Below are positions 34,210 to 46,220 of a DNA stretch of 64,000 nt, piece after piece. Source of the stretch: Candidatus Rokuibacteriota bacterium (lineage in GTDB: Bacteria; Methylomirabilota; Methylomirabilia; Rokubacteriales; CSP1-6); assembly GCA_016188005.1 (NCBI GenBank), contig JACPIQ010000008.1, positions 128,484 to 192,483 on the forward strand, given 5' to 3'. The notes under the pieces were generated by a model, which was not told the DNA's origin, searched no databases, and was given only the letters and a program-made list of their open reading frames with translations. Both the position numbers and the translations under genes were made by a program. Every line of letters begins with the position of its first letter. The first letter of the stretch is position 1.

Positions 34210-35091
34210 GTGAGTGGCACGTTCGCGTCGCCGCTCGCCGAGGCGGGGCGGACGCGGGCCGTCCGCATCGGGGGAATCACCGTCGGCGGCGGAGCGCCGC
34301 TGGTGCTGATCGGCGGCCCGTGCGCCATCGAGGGCGAGCGTCACGCCCTCATGGTGGCGGAGCGCCTCGCGCGCATCACGGGCGCCGCGCGGGTGCCCTT
34401 CGTCTACAAGTCGTCCTACGACAAGGCCAACCGCTCCTCGGGGGACTCCTATCGCGGCCCCGGGATCAAGGAGGGGCTGCGCATCCTGCGGCGGGTGAGG
34501 GACGAGACAGGGGTGGCGGTGCTCTCCGACGTCCACGACGTCTCCGAGGTGGACGCGGCGGCGGAGGTGCTGGACGCGCTCCAGGTGCCGGCCTTCCTCT
34601 GCCGGCAAACGGACCTGCTGCTGGCCTGCGGCCGGACGGGCAAGCCGGTCAACGTGAAGAAAGGCCAGTTCCTCGCCCCGGGGGACATGGGCAACGTGGT
34701 GGCGAAGCTCCGCTCCACCGGCAACGACCGGATCCTGCTCACCGAGCGCGGCACGAGCTTCGGCTACAATAACCTCGTGGTGGACTTCCGCGGGCTCCCC
34801 ATCATGCGTGCGCTGGGTTGCCCGGTCGTGTTCGACGCCACGCACGCGGTGCAGCTGCCGGGCGGCCTGGGGCCGCGCTCGGGCGGCGAGCGGCAATACG
34901 TGCCGCCGCTGGCGCGCGCCGCCGTCGCGGTGGGGGTGGACGCCCTCTTCCTGGAGATGCACGAGGATCCGGACCGGACGCTGCCCGACGGGCGCGCCCT
35001 CTCCGACGGCCCCAACATGCTCCGCCTCGACGACCTGCCGCGGCTCCTGGCCGAGATCAAGGCCATCCAGGCCGGACTCGGCCCGTCATGA
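34210..35091 (+). CDS. kdsA: 2-dehydro-3-deoxyphosphooctonate aldolase (KDO-8-P synthase)
   Basis: …[23 protein letters not shown]…[14 protein letters not shown]… The GTG start lies 3 nt after the pyrG stop. Confidence 0.9.
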   Translation: MSGTFASPLAEAGRTRAVRIGGITVGGGAPLVLIGGPCAIEGERHALMVAERLARITGAARVPFVYKSSYDKANRSSGDSYRGPGIKEGLRILRRVRDETGVAVLSDVHDVSEVDAAAEVLDALQVPAFLCRQTDLLLACGRTGKPVNVKKGQFLAPGDMGNVVAKLRSTGNDRILLTERGTSFGYNNLVVDFRGLPIMRALGCPVVFDATHAVQLPGGLGPRSGGERQYVPPLARAAVAVGVDALFLEMHEDPDRTLPDGRALSDGPNMLRLDDLPRLLAEIKAIQAGLGPS

Positions 35092-35104
35092 CGGGAGGCG
35101 CCTG

Positions 35105-36076
35105 ATGGACGGACCGCGGCTCCTGAGCCTCGCGGACCGCGTCCTGCGCATCGAGGCCTCGGGCATCCTTGGCCTCTGCGCAAGGCTCGACGAGAGGTTC
35201 GTGGCCGCGGTGGAGCTGCTCCACGGCTGCCGCGGGCGCGTGATCGTGACCGGCATGGGCAAGTCCGGGCACGTCGGGAGGAAAGTGGCGGCGACACTGG
35301 CGAGCACGGGCACGCCGGCCTACTTCCTGCATCCCGCCGAGGGGGCGCACGGCGATGCCGGGATGATGGCGCGGGAGGACGTGGTCCTCGCGCTGTCCAA
35401 TTCCGGCGAGACAGACGAGCTGCTGGCCGTCCTCCCGCTCCTGAAGCGCCTGGCGGTGCCGCTGATCCTGCTCACGGGCAACCCGTCCTCCACCCTGGCG
35501 CGCCAGTCGGATGTGGTGCTGGACGTGGGCGTCAGCGAGGAGGCCTGCCCGATGAACCTGGCCCCCACCTCGAGCACGACGGCCGCGCTGGCCATGGGGG
35601 ACGCGCTGGCCATGGCGCTGCTCGACCTGCGCGGGCTGCGCCCCGAGGACTACGCCGCGCTCCATCCGGCGGGGAGCCTCGGCTGGAAGGCCCTCTTCAA
35701 GGTGGGTGACCTCATGCACGTCGGTGAGGCGGTGCCGGTGGTCCGCGAGACCAGCAGCATGACGGAGGCCATCACCGAGATGACCGCCAAGCGACTGGGG
35801 ATGACCACGGTGGTGGACGTGCAAGGCCGGCTCAGGGGCGTGATCACCGACGGCGACCTGCGCCGCCAGCAGCTGGCCGGCGGCTCTCTCCTGGAGCGAC
35901 GCGCCGGCGAGTGCATGACGCCGAACCCCAAGCGGATCGGCGCCGGGGACCTGGCAGCCAGGGCGCTCTCGCTGATGGAGGCTCACGCCATCACGAGCCT
36001 GGTGATCGCGGACGAGGCCGAGCGGCCCGCCGGGGTCATCCACCTCCACGACATCCTCCGCGCCAAGATCGTGTGA
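35105..36076 (+). CDS. kdsD: arabinose-5-phosphate isomerase (SIS + CBS pair)
   Basis: SIS motif VIVTGMGKSGHVGRKVAATLASTGTPAYFLHPAE plus two C-terminal CBS domains. GGGAGG Shine-Dalgarno. Confidence 0.9.
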   Translation: MDGPRLLSLADRVLRIEASGILGLCARLDERFVAAVELLHGCRGRVIVTGMGKSGHVGRKVAATLASTGTPAYFLHPAEGAHGDAGMMAREDVVLALSNSGETDELLAVLPLLKRLAVPLILLTGNPSSTLARQSDVVLDVGVSEEACPMNLAPTSSTTAALAMGDALAMALLDLRGLRPEDYAALHPAGSLGWKALFKVGDLMHVGEAVPVVRETSSMTEAITEMTAKRLGMTTVVDVQGRLRGVITDGDLRRQQLAGGSLLERRAGECMTPNPKRIGAGDLAARALSLMEAHAITSLVIADEAERPAGVIHLHDILRAKIV

Positions 36077-36594
36077 GGACCCCCGCGACCCGGGCCGCGC
36101 TCATCCGGCTCCTCGTTCTCGATGTGGATGGCGTCCTCACCGACGGGGGGCTCCTTTACGGCGCGGGCGGGGAGGAGATCAAGCGCTTCGACGTGCACGA
36201 TGGGTGGGCGCTGGCGGCCGCCCGCCGCGCCGGGCTCGAGGTCGGCGTCATCTCCGGGCGGGCCTCGGCGGCGGTGACGCGCCGGATGGCCGAGCTCGGC
36301 ATCCAGGAGGTCCACCAGGGAGTCGGCGACAAGCCTGCGCGCCTGGCGCAGATCATGGCGCGGCTGGCTGTCGAGCCGGGCCAGGTCGCCGTGATGGGCG
36401 ACGACCTGCCGGACCTGCCGCTCATGAAGACGGTCGCGCTCGCGCTGGCGCCCGCCAATGCCGCCCCCGAGGTCCGGCGCGCGGCCCACTGGGTCTCCCG
36501 CCGGCGGGGGGGCGAGGGCGCCGTGAGGGAAGCGATCGAGATGATTCTGCGCGCGCGGAAGGCCTGGCCCCCGCCCGAACCAGCCAGTCGCTGA
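36073..36594 (+). CDS. kdsC: KDO-8-phosphate phosphatase (HAD superfamily)
   Basis: LVLDVDGVLTDGGLLY...VMGDDLPDLPLM is a HAD motif I/IV signature. The GTG overlaps the kdsD stop (GTGA). Confidence 0.8.
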   Translation: MRTPATRAALIRLLVLDVDGVLTDGGLLYGAGGEEIKRFDVHDGWALAAARRAGLEVGVISGRASAAVTRRMAELGIQEVHQGVGDKPARLAQIMARLAVEPGQVAVMGDDLPDLPLMKTVALALAPANAAPEVRRAAHWVSRRRGGEGAVREAIEMILRARKAWPPPEPASR

Positions 36595-36644
36595 GCCCCT
36601 CTCGCGGCCTTTCTTCGTTGCCACGCTAGAGGGGCTGTGCTAGC

Positions 36645-37247
36645 GTGGTACTGAAATTGCATACCCAGCGGCTCTCACGCTTCATCCTGGTCGGCGTGGC
36701 GCTCTTCGTGGTCGCCATCGCCACCGTCCTCGTCGTGAGGGGATGGGTCGCCAGGATCCAGAAAGCCGAGGTCGCCTTAACGAAGGCCGATTACCGCATC
36801 AAGCAGGTGCATCTGGAGGAGGAGGCGCGGGGCGGGGTGCGCTGGCAGCTGGACGCGGACCAGGCCGAGGCTTACGAGCAGTTGGGAAAGACGACGCTTC
36901 GCAAGGTGAGGATCAGGATCCAGGAACCCGAGCGGAGCTGGACGGTGACGGGGGACGAGGGAGAGTTGGCGCACCGGACGAAGGACGTGGAGCTCAGGGG
37001 GAACGTGGTGCTGGTCTCGAGCGACGGGCTCCGGCTGGAGACGGCGCGGCTGCGCTGGGACGCCGCCAGGCAGCGCGCCTGGAGCGACGATCCCGTGACG
37101 CTCTTCCGCCAAGGCGCCGTCATTCGGGGCCAGGGTCTCGACGCCAGCGTCGGCGGGCACACGGAGATCATGGGGCGCGTCCGGGCCACGCTCGGCGAGC
37201 GGGCCGGCGCACCGCCCGCGACCGCAGGCGCCGGGGTCCCGCGGTGA
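36645..37247 (+). CDS. lptC: LPS export protein LptC
   Basis: Single N-terminal TM (LSRFILVGVALFVVAIATVLVV) plus a periplasmic beta-jellyroll. Position between kdsC and lptA supports the call. Confidence 0.7.
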   Translation: MVLKLHTQRLSRFILVGVALFVVAIATVLVVRGWVARIQKAEVALTKADYRIKQVHLEEEARGGVRWQLDADQAEAYEQLGKTTLRKVRIRIQEPERSWTVTGDEGELAHRTKDVELRGNVVLVSSDGLRLETARLRWDAARQRAWSDDPVTLFRQGAVIRGQGLDASVGGHTEIMGRVRATLGERAGAPPATAGAGVPR

Positions 37248-37876
37248 AGCGCGCGCTGGGAGCGCTGGCGACATGCGTCGTGCTGGCCGGGCTCGCCCCG
37301 CTAGATCTCGGAGCGCAGCAGGGGGCGCAGGGCCGGCGGCGGCCCGCCCAGGAGGCGACGCCTCGGCAGAGCCCCACCAAGCCGGCCCACCCCGACCCCG
37401 CGGCGGCACGGCGGAAGAGCGAGGACAAGGGCGCTCCGGTGACCGTGGATGCCGACCGGCTGGAGTCCATGCAGAAGGAAGGTCTCGTCATCTTCACGGG
37501 CAACGTGGTTGCGCGCCAGAACAACTCCACGCAGTACGCCGACCGGATGGAGGTGTATCTGGACGCCGGAGGGGACCGGATCATCCGCACCGTCTCGAGC
37601 GGGAGCGTCCGGATCGTCACCAAGGACTGCCGTACGGGCATGGCCCGGCGCGCCGAGTACCACGACGCCGAGCAGCGCGTGGTGCTGATCGGCGATGCCC
37701 GGGTGTGGCAGGAGGAGAACGTCGTGACCGGGGAGCGGATCACGATCTTCCTCGCCGAGGATCGCAGCGTGGTGGAGGGTGGCCGGCAGGAGCGCGTGAA
37801 GGCCGTCTTCTACCCGAAGCGCGAGGGGGCGCCGGGCGGTGAGGCCCGGTCCGCGCCCGGGGCCCCGTGCCGGTGA
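37244..37876 (+). CDS. lptA: LPS export periplasmic protein LptA (OstA-like)
   Basis: The GTG overlaps the lptC stop. Signal peptide plus an OstA-like fold ([39 protein letters not shown]…). Confidence 0.75.
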   Translation: MKRALGALATCVVLAGLAPLDLGAQQGAQGRRRPAQEATPRQSPTKPAHPDPAAARRKSEDKGAPVTVDADRLESMQKEGLVIFTGNVVARQNNSTQYADRMEVYLDAGGDRIIRTVSSGSVRIVTKDCRTGMARRAEYHDAEQRVVLIGDARVWQEENVVTGERITIFLAEDRSVVEGGRQERVKAVFYPKREGAPGGEARSAPGAPCR

Positions 37877-37880
37877 GGCC

Positions 37881-38603
37881 ATGGAGGGGCTGATCGCGCA
37901 GGGTCTGGTGAAGAGTTTCCGCAACCGACTCGTGGTGGATCGCGTCAGTCTGGACATACAGCGCGGGGAGGTGGTGGGCCTCCTGGGCCCCAACGGGGCG
38001 GGGAAGACGACCTCGTTCTACATGATCGTGGGGCTGCTCAGACCCGAGGGCGGACGCATCTTCCTCGAGGGCCACGAGATCACCGATCTGCCCATGTACC
38101 TGCGCTGCCGGATGGGCATGGGGTACCTGCCACAGGAGTCCTCGGTGTTCCGCAAGCTGACGGTGGAGGAGAATCTCCTCGCGATCCTCGAGACCCTGGA
38201 CCTGGCGGTCCAGGAGCGCGCGGCCCGGCTGCGGGTCCTGCTCGCCGAGTTGGACCTCACCCCGCTGGCGCGGCACAAGGCCTACACCCTCTCGGGCGGC
38301 GAGCGGAGGCGGCTGGAGATCACCCGGGCGCTGGTCACGAGCCCGCGCTACCTGCTGCTCGACGAGCCCTTCACCGGGATCGATCCCATCGCCATCGGCG
38401 ATATCCAGGAGATCGTCGCGCGGCTGAAGGAACGGGGGATCGGCGTCCTCATCACCGACCACAACGTGCGCGAGACGCTGGCCATCACTGACCGCGCCTA
38501 CATCCTCTATCACGGGAAGATCCTGGCCTCGGGGACCGCCGCGGAGCTGGCCGGCAACCCCCGGGCGCGCGAGATCTACCTCGGGGAGAAGTTCTCGCTG
38601 TGA
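37881..38603 (+). CDS. lptB: LPS export ABC transporter ATP-binding protein LptB
   Basis: [49 protein letters not shown]. The supplied ORF start at 37839 overlaps lptA, and the ATG at 37881 follows GGTGAGG. Confidence 0.9.
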   Translation: MEGLIAQGLVKSFRNRLVVDRVSLDIQRGEVVGLLGPNGAGKTTSFYMIVGLLRPEGGRIFLEGHEITDLPMYLRCRMGMGYLPQESSVFRKLTVEENLLAILETLDLAVQERAARLRVLLAELDLTPLARHKAYTLSGGERRRLEITRALVTSPRYLLLDEPFTGIDPIAIGDIQEIVARLKERGIGVLITDHNVRETLAITDRAYILYHGKILASGTAAELAGNPRAREIYLGEKFSL

Positions 38604-38626
38604 CGACGCGGCGGAGTGCCTGACAC

Positions 38627-40078
38627 ATGCGCCTCGGTCTCCGGCTGACACAGCGGGTGGTGATGACGCCGCTGCTCCAGCAGGCGATCCAGCTCCTGCA
38701 GCTCTCGACGCTGGAGCTGAAGGAGGTGGTCGAGCAGGAGCTGCGCGACAACCCGATGCTCGAGGAGGTGCCCACCGAGGGGACGGACGCCACCGCGGAG
38801 GCGCCGTCCGAGGACCTGGCGGATTCGCCGCCCGGGCCGACGGCGAACGAGCCCGCGCCGAATGAATCCACCTCGGTGGCCGAGGAGCGGACTGACGACC
38901 TGCCGTTCGACCTCACCTCTGCCGTGTTCGACCAGCCCGACGAGCGAACGCCGGTGTCCACGGAGGAGCGGGACGAGCTCCCCTTCGAGAACTTGGGACG
39001 CGGCGACATCTCCCTGGCCGAGCACCTCGCCGAGCAGCTGCGACTCGCCACGGACGTCCCCGAGGAGCTGGCCGTCGGCGAGGCCATCATCGGCAACCTC
39101 GACGAGGACGGGTACCTGCGGGCCGAGGTCGCGGAGATCGCCGAGCTGATGCGATGCCCCACCGAGGTGGTGGAGCGGATGCTGACGCTGATCCAGAGCT
39201 TCGATCCCACCGGGATCGCCGCCCGGAGCATCCAGGAGTGCCTGCTCCTGCAGCTCCGGGCCGACTCCGAGCCCGATCCGGTCTCGGTGGAGATCGTGGA
39301 GCTCCACCTGGCGGCCCTCGAGCGGCGGCGCTATGCCGACATCGCGCGTGCGCTCAAGCTCCCGCTGGACCGCGTCATGGAGTCCATCGAGGAGATCCAG
39401 GGGCTCGAACCGAAGCCCGGCCGGCGCTTCGCGCCGGCCGACCAGCGCTACATCGCGCCCGACGTGACCATCGAGAAGCTCGGCGGTGAGTACATCGTGG
39501 TGCTCAACGAGGACGGCATCCCGCGACTACGAGTCAACGCGCTCTACCGGTCGCTGCTGCGGGGCTCGGCGGGGGAGGACAAGCAGTTCGTGGAGCAGAA
39601 GCTGCGCTCGGCGGTGTGGCTCATCAAGAGCGTGGAGCAGCGCCAGCGGACCCTCCGCAAGGTCGCCACGAGTCTGGTCAAGTTCCAGCGGGACTTCCTT
39701 GACAAGGGGCTCCCGTACCTGCGCCCGCTGGCGCTCCGGGACGTGGGCGAGGACATCGGCATGCACGAGTCCACGATCAGCCGGGTCACGACGAACAAGT
39801 ACGTGCAGACGCCCCAGGGGCTGTTCGAGCTCAAGTACTTCTTCCACAGCGGCATCGCGTCCAGCAGCGGCGACGTGGTCTCCTCGGTGTCGGTCAAGAA
39901 GATGATCCAGGACATGGTCGTCGCCGAGGACCAGGGCAAGCCGCTCTCCGACCAGGACGTCGCCCGGGAGTTGCACGCCAAGGGGTTGACCATCGCCCGC
40001 CGGACCGTGGCGAAGTACCGCGAGGAGCTGGGGATCCTCCCCTCCCACCAGCGTCGCCTCACGCCCCGGAAACGATAG
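38627..40078 (+). CDS. rpoN: RNA polymerase sigma-54 factor
   Basis: Region I (LQQAIQLLQLSTLEL), a core-binding region, the C-terminal HTH and the RpoN box (ARRTVAKYRE). Confidence 0.95.
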   Translation: MRLGLRLTQRVVMTPLLQQAIQLLQLSTLELKEVVEQELRDNPMLEEVPTEGTDATAEAPSEDLADSPPGPTANEPAPNESTSVAEERTDDLPFDLTSAVFDQPDERTPVSTEERDELPFENLGRGDISLAEHLAEQLRLATDVPEELAVGEAIIGNLDEDGYLRAEVAEIAELMRCPTEVVERMLTLIQSFDPTGIAARSIQECLLLQLRADSEPDPVSVEIVELHLAALERRRYADIARALKLPLDRVMESIEEIQGLEPKPGRRFAPADQRYIAPDVTIEKLGGEYIVVLNEDGIPRLRVNALYRSLLRGSAGEDKQFVEQKLRSAVWLIKSVEQRQRTLRKVATSLVKFQRDFLDKGLPYLRPLALRDVGEDIGMHESTISRVTTNKYVQTPQGLFELKYFFHSGIASSSGDVVSSVSVKKMIQDMVVAEDQGKPLSDQDVARELHAKGLTIARRTVAKYREELGILPSHQRRLTPRKR

Positions 40079-40093
40079 CCCGGAGACCGGGAC

Positions 40094-40615
40094 ATGGGCG
40101 TGATCATCAGCACGCGAGGGTTCACCGTCTCCAACACGTACAAGGACGCGCTCACGCGGCGGCTCGACAGGCTGGCGCGGCTGCTGCCCAAGCTCACCGA
40201 GGCGAGGATCGTGCTCTCCAAGGAGAAGCACCGTCGCACGGCAGCGCTGACGCTCCGGGGGAAGCACCGCACCTTCCGCAGCACGGAGACCGCCGAGGAT
40301 CTGTCGGTGGCGGTGGATCTGGCCATCGCGGCGCTGACCCGTCAGGTGCGCGAGACCAAGGACCGCGTGCGCAGCCACGGCAAGGGCCGGCGGCGGCCGC
40401 CGGCGGCCGCGGCGGTTCCCGAGACGGCGGCGCCGGACGGGGAACTGGTCGTCCGGCGCGTGGCCGCCAAGCCGATGTCCGTGGAAGAGGCCGCCGCGCA
40501 GCTGGAGCTCGGCCGGGAGCAGTTCCTGGTCTTCACCAATGCCGGGACGGATTCGGTGAACGTGCTCTACCGCCGCAAGAGCGGAGGCCTCGGGCTCATC
40601 GAGCCCGTGGCCTGA
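40094..40615 (+). CDS. hpf: ribosome hibernation promoting factor (long form)
   Basis: N-terminal S30AE/YfiA fold plus a C-terminal dimerisation domain. Position after rpoN supports the call. Confidence 0.85.
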   Translation: MGVIISTRGFTVSNTYKDALTRRLDRLARLLPKLTEARIVLSKEKHRRTAALTLRGKHRTFRSTETAEDLSVAVDLAIAALTRQVRETKDRVRSHGKGRRRPPAAAAVPETAAPDGELVVRRVAAKPMSVEEAAAQLELGREQFLVFTNAGTDSVNVLYRRKSGGLGLIEPVA

Positions 40616-40620
40616 GGCGC

Positions 40621-41505
40621 GTGCGGCCCCCCGCGGCGAACGACCCCCCACGCTTCGTCATCATCACGGGGCTCTCCGGGGCGGGGAAGAGCTACGCGAT
40701 CAAGTGCCTGGAGGACCTCGGGTACTTCTGTGTCGACAACCTGCCGACGACGCTGATTCCCACCTTCGCGGAGCTCTGCGCGCAGTCCACACGGGAGATC
40801 AAGAAGATCGCCCTGGGCGTGGATGTGCGCGAAGGGGAGTACCTGGCGCACCTGCTGGAGATCCTGGCCGAGCTCCGCGCCAAGGGGCACGTCCCCGAGG
40901 TCCTGTTCCTCGAGGCTGCCGACGAGGCGCTCGTCCGGCGCTACCACGAGACGCGCCGGCGACACCCGCTGGCCGGGGACGGCAGCGTGCTGGACGGGAT
41001 CCGCGCCGAGCGCAAGGCGCTGGCCCACCTCCGCGAGATCGCGGACCGCATCATCGACACCTCCGGGCTCACCGTGCACCAGCTGAAAGAGCGCCTCGTG
41101 GAGGCCTACTCCGTGCGCCCCGCAGAGGGCGCGCTGGCGGTGTCCCTGATCTCCTTCGGCTACAAGCACGGGATCCCTTATGACGCCGATCTCGTGTTCG
41201 ACGTGCGCTTCCTGCCGAACCCCCACTTCGTCGAGTCGCTGCGGGCGCTGGACGGCCGCGACGCCCCCGTCACGGACTTCATCTTCTCGCAGCCGGAGAG
41301 CCGGGAGCTCCTGACGCGGCTGCAGGAACTGGTGCAGTTCCTCCTGCCGCTCTACCAGCGAGAGGGCAAGGCCTACCTGAGTGTCGCGATCGGCTGCACG
41401 GGGGGACGTCACCGCTCGGTGGCGCTGGTGGAGGCCCTGCGGGTCTTCCTCGAGGGGCTCGGGTACCGCCCGACCGTCCGACACCGGGACCTCGGCCGTG
41501 AGTGA
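40621..41505 (+). CDS. rapZ: RNase adapter protein RapZ (YhbJ family P-loop NTPase)
   Basis: FVIITGLSGAGKSYAIKCLEDLGYFCVDNLP… and a C-terminal GCTGGRHRSVALVE. Confidence 0.9.
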   Translation: MRPPAANDPPRFVIITGLSGAGKSYAIKCLEDLGYFCVDNLPTTLIPTFAELCAQSTREIKKIALGVDVREGEYLAHLLEILAELRAKGHVPEVLFLEAADEALVRRYHETRRRHPLAGDGSVLDGIRAERKALAHLREIADRIIDTSGLTVHQLKERLVEAYSVRPAEGALAVSLISFGYKHGIPYDADLVFDVRFLPNPHFVESLRALDGRDAPVTDFIFSQPESRELLTRLQELVQFLLPLYQREGKAYLSVAIGCTGGRHRSVALVEALRVFLEGLGYRPTVRHRDLGRE

Positions 41506-43603
41506 GCGGCTGCGCTTCATCTTCGGCGTCCACAACCACCAGCCGGTCGGGAACTTCGATGGGGTGATCGCCGAGGCAGTGGCTGGGGCGTACCACCCCT
41601 TCTTCGAGTGCGTGCAGCGCGAGGCGGATCTCCCGCTGGTCGTCCACTGCTCGGGCAGCCTCCTGGGCTGGATGCGTGAGCACGCCCGGCCGACCTTCGA
41701 CCTGCTGGGCCTGCTCGTGGCCTCCGGCCGCGTGGAGCTCCTGACGGGCGGGTTCTACGAGCCGATCCTGCCCATGCTCCCCGACTGGGACAAGCTCGGG
41801 CAGATCCAGCGGATGAACGACTTCCTGCGACAGAGCTTCGGGGTCCGCCCCCGGGGGCTCTGGCTGGCTGAGCGGGTGTGGGAACCCCACCTCCCCAAGG
41901 TGCTGTCGGAGGCGGGCGTGGAGTTCGTCGTCCTGGACGACCACCACTTCGCCCTGGCGGGGCTCGACCCCGGCACGCTCGGGGGCTACTACCTCACCGA
42001 GGAGCAGGGGGCGCCCCTGGCGATCTTCCCCATCAGCGAGCGACTGCGCTACCTCATCCCCTTCGCGGAGCCCGGCGAGGCCCTCCGCCACCTCGAGGCC
42101 CGCGGCGACGTGGGAAGCGTCACGCTGGTCGACGACGGCGAGAAGTTCGGCGTCTGGCCAGGCACCCACCGCCTCGTCTACGACGAGGGATGGCTCCGGC
42201 GCTTCTTCGACGCGCTGCGGTCGGCCCCGTGGCTCGAGCTGTCGACCTTCTCGCGGCTGCTGGACGGGACCCGCGCGCGCGGGCGCGTCTACCTGCCCTC
42301 GGCCTCGTACAGCGAGATGGGCGCCTGGGCGCTGCCCGCCGCTGCCGGCGAGGAGCTCGAGGAAGCCCGCCAGCGTCTGGCCGCGCTGCCCGACGGCGAC
42401 CGGCTGCGACGGCTCCTGCGCGGCGGACCGTGGCGGAACTTTCTCGTGAAGTACCCGGAGGTGGCCGACGCCTACTGGAAGATGCTGGACCTGTCGCGGC
42501 GTATCCAGCGCGGCCTCGAGGCCCGCCCGGGGGACAGCGGTCTCCTCGCCGCACGCGAGCGGCTGTGGCAGGGGCAGGCCAACGACGCGTACTGGCACGG
42601 GGTCTTCGGCGGCTGCTACCTGCCGCACCTGCGCCGGGCGGTACGCTCGGCGCTGGTCGGGGCCGAGGCCCGGCTGGGGGCGGACGGGAGCGGGCCGCCC
42701 CCGCGGTGGGAGGCCCGGGACCGGAACGGCGACGGCCGCGTGGAGGTGCGCGTCTGCACCCGGCAGCTGACGCTCACGCTCTGCCCGGAGTCCGGGGGCG
42801 CGCTGACGGAGCTGGCCTTCCTGCCGCTCTGCTTCGACGCGGCGGACGTGCTGGGCCGGCGCCGGGAGGCGTACCACGCGCGGATCAAGGAGACGGCAGC
42901 AACGCCAGCGCGGGAGGGTGGGCCCGCGCTGAGCATCCACGAGCGGCTTGAGGCGAAGGAGAGCGGACTCTCGGGGCTCCTGCAGTACGACGTCTTCCGG
43001 CGCGCCTCGCTGCTGGACGGCCTCTTTCCGGCCGCGGGACCTCTCGATGCCCTCTCCCCGTGGGACGCCGCCCTCCTCGCCGGCCCCCGGCTGACGATGT
43101 CGCATGCTGTGCGCGAGTCGAATGGCGTGATCCGCGTGCTCCTGGACGTCGCGCGCGCGGGGGACCTGCCGCTCCGCCTCGAGAAGTCCGTGACCGTCCA
43201 CGCCGAGGGCGCCCGCCTCACGGTGGGCTACCGGCTCGAGTGGACGGGCACCGAGGGCCTTGCGGGGCGCTGGGGCGTGCAGTTCAACCTGGCACTCAGC
43301 GCGGGCGAGGCGCCGGGCCGCTACTACCGGCTGCCCGGCCGGCCGTCGCTGGGTAGTCGCGGCGCGCTCGAGGGACAGCGCGGGCTGGCGCTGGTGGACG
43401 AATGGCTGGGCGAGGAGGTGGGGATCCACTGGGCCGCACCCGCCGAGGTCGGCTGGGCCCCCGTGGAGACCGTGTCGCTCTCAGAAACGGGCTTCGAGCG
43501 CATCCACCAGGGGTCGGCGATCCTGCTGGCGTGGCCAGTGCGCCTCGAGCCGGGCGGGAGCCACGAGCTGGCCTTCGACGTGGTGGTGCGGGCGCTGGCG
43601 TAG
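41498..43603 (+). CDS. glycoside hydrolase family 57 protein (alpha-glucan-active; 4-alpha-glucanotransferase/branching-type)
   Basis: GH57 region [15 protein letters not shown]. Catalytic-region motifs …WLAERVWEP… and …[13 protein letters not shown]… are present. The GTG at 41498 overlaps the rapZ 3' end by 8 nt. Confidence 0.8.
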   Translation: MSERLRFIFGVHNHQPVGNFDGVIAEAVAGAYHPFFECVQREADLPLVVHCSGSLLGWMREHARPTFDLLGLLVASGRVELLTGGFYEPILPMLPDWDKLGQIQRMNDFLRQSFGVRPRGLWLAERVWEPHLPKVLSEAGVEFVVLDDHHFALAGLDPGTLGGYYLTEEQGAPLAIFPISERLRYLIPFAEPGEALRHLEARGDVGSVTLVDDGEKFGVWPGTHRLVYDEGWLRRFFDALRSAPWLELSTFSRLLDGTRARGRVYLPSASYSEMGAWALPAAAGEELEEARQRLAALPDGDRLRRLLRGGPWRNFLVKYPEVADAYWKMLDLSRRIQRGLEARPGDSGLLAARERLWQGQANDAYWHGVFGGCYLPHLRRAVRSALVGAEARLGADGSGPPPRWEARDRNGDGRVEVRVCTRQLTLTLCPESGGALTELAFLPLCFDAADVLGRRREAYHARIKETAATPAREGGPALSIHERLEAKESGLSGLLQYDVFRRASLLDGLFPAAGPLDALSPWDAALLAGPRLTMSHAVRESNGVIRVLLDVARAGDLPLRLEKSVTVHAEGARLTVGYRLEWTGTEGLAGRWGVQFNLALSAGEAPGRYYRLPGRPSLGSRGALEGQRGLALVDEWLGEEVGIHWAAPAEVGWAPVETVSLSETGFERIHQGSAILLAWPVRLEPGGSHELAFDVVVRALA

Positions 43604-43622
43604 CGCCCGGCCGGGAATTCCC

Positions 43623-43651
43623 TTGAGCGCTCCGTGTCGCTGTGCTAACGT
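43623..43651 (+). promoter_or_regulatory. possible sigma-70 promoter for metK
   Basis: TTGAGC-N17-TAACGT lies about 50 nt upstream of the metK ATG. This is a weak call. Confidence 0.2.
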
Positions 43652-43697
43652 GGCGTGCCTGCACGCTAAAACGAGTGTCCACCGAGGGGGGAATGCA

Positions 43698-44849
43698 ATG
43701 GCACGTGAGGAGTACCTGTTCACATCGGAATCGGTGACGGAAGGCCATCCGGACAAGATCGCCGACCAGATCTCCGACGCCGTACTGGATGCCATCCTGG
43801 CGCAGGACCCGACGGGGCGGGTTGCCTGTGAGTCGCTCCTGACCACGGGGCTCGTGGTGGTGGCGGGCGAGATCACCACGTCCTGCTACGTGGACATCCC
43901 GAAGGTGGTGCGCGAGACCATCAGGGACGTCGGGTACACGCGCGCGAAGTACGGCTTCGACTACGAGACCTGCGGCGTCATCACGGCCATCGACGAGCAG
44001 TCGTCGGACATCGCCATGGGCGTGGACGCGCTCGGCGCGGGCGATCAGGGCCTCATGTTCGGCTACGCCTGCACCGAGACCGACGAGCTCATGCCGATGC
44101 CCATCACGCTGGCCCACAAGCTGGCGCGCCGGCTGTCGACGGTGCGCCGGGCCGGCACGCACGACTACCTCCGTCCGGACGGCAAGAGCCAGGTCTCCGT
44201 CCGGTACGTGGACGGCCGACCGGTGTCGGTGGAGACGGTGGTCATCTCGACCCAGCACGGCCCCGACGTGACACTGGAGCGGATCCGGGAGGAGATGATC
44301 CACGACGTGATCCTCCCCACGCTCCCGCCGCACCTGGTGGACCCCAAGACGATCACCTACCACATCAATCCCACCGGGCGCTTCGTGACGGGTGGCCCGA
44401 TGGGGGACACGGGCCTCACGGGGCGCAAGATCATCGTGGACACCTACGGCGGCTCCTGCCCGCACGGCGGGGGCGCCTTCTCGGGGAAGGACCCGACGAA
44501 GGTGGATCGGTCGGCCTGCTACATGGCGCGGCACGTCGCGAAGAACATCGTGGCGGCGGGGCTGGCACAGCGGGTACAGGTCCAGGTGGCTTACGCCATC
44601 GGCGTGGCCGAGCCGGTGTCCGTCATGGTCGAGACCTTCGGGACGGGGAAGGTGCCCAACGCGAAGCTCGAGCAGATGATCCGGCGGCACTTCGACTTCA
44701 CGCCGGCGGGGATCATCAAGTACCTCACCCTGCGCCGGCCCATCTACAAGAAGACGGCCGCCTACGGACACTTCGGCCGCAGCGAGCCGGAGTTCACCTG
44801 GGAACGTACGGACCGCGTGAAAGACCTCCGCGACGACGCCGGCCTCTGA
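43698..44849 (+). CDS. metK: S-adenosylmethionine synthetase
   Basis: [34 protein letters not shown]… is essentially colinear with bacterial MetK. GGGGGG Shine-Dalgarno. Confidence 0.95.
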   Translation: MAREEYLFTSESVTEGHPDKIADQISDAVLDAILAQDPTGRVACESLLTTGLVVVAGEITTSCYVDIPKVVRETIRDVGYTRAKYGFDYETCGVITAIDEQSSDIAMGVDALGAGDQGLMFGYACTETDELMPMPITLAHKLARRLSTVRRAGTHDYLRPDGKSQVSVRYVDGRPVSVETVVISTQHGPDVTLERIREEMIHDVILPTLPPHLVDPKTITYHINPTGRFVTGGPMGDTGLTGRKIIVDTYGGSCPHGGGAFSGKDPTKVDRSACYMARHVAKNIVAAGLAQRVQVQVAYAIGVAEPVSVMVETFGTGKVPNAKLEQMIRRHFDFTPAGIIKYLTLRRPIYKKTAAYGHFGRSEPEFTWERTDRVKDLRDDAGL

Positions 44850-44865
44850 GCCGGACGGCGCATAG

Positions 44866-46185
<1,320 letters not shown>

Positions 46186-46220
46186 GCCCGGCTCGCGGGG
46201 GCCGGGCGCGGGAGGGCGGA

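Noticed and set aside
43604-43697. SAM riboswitch in the metK leader
   Set aside because: The leader is only about 90 nt and lacks the SAM-I conserved junction motifs. I could not verify SAM-II or SAM-V pseudoknot features without a covariance model, so only a weak promoter call is reported.
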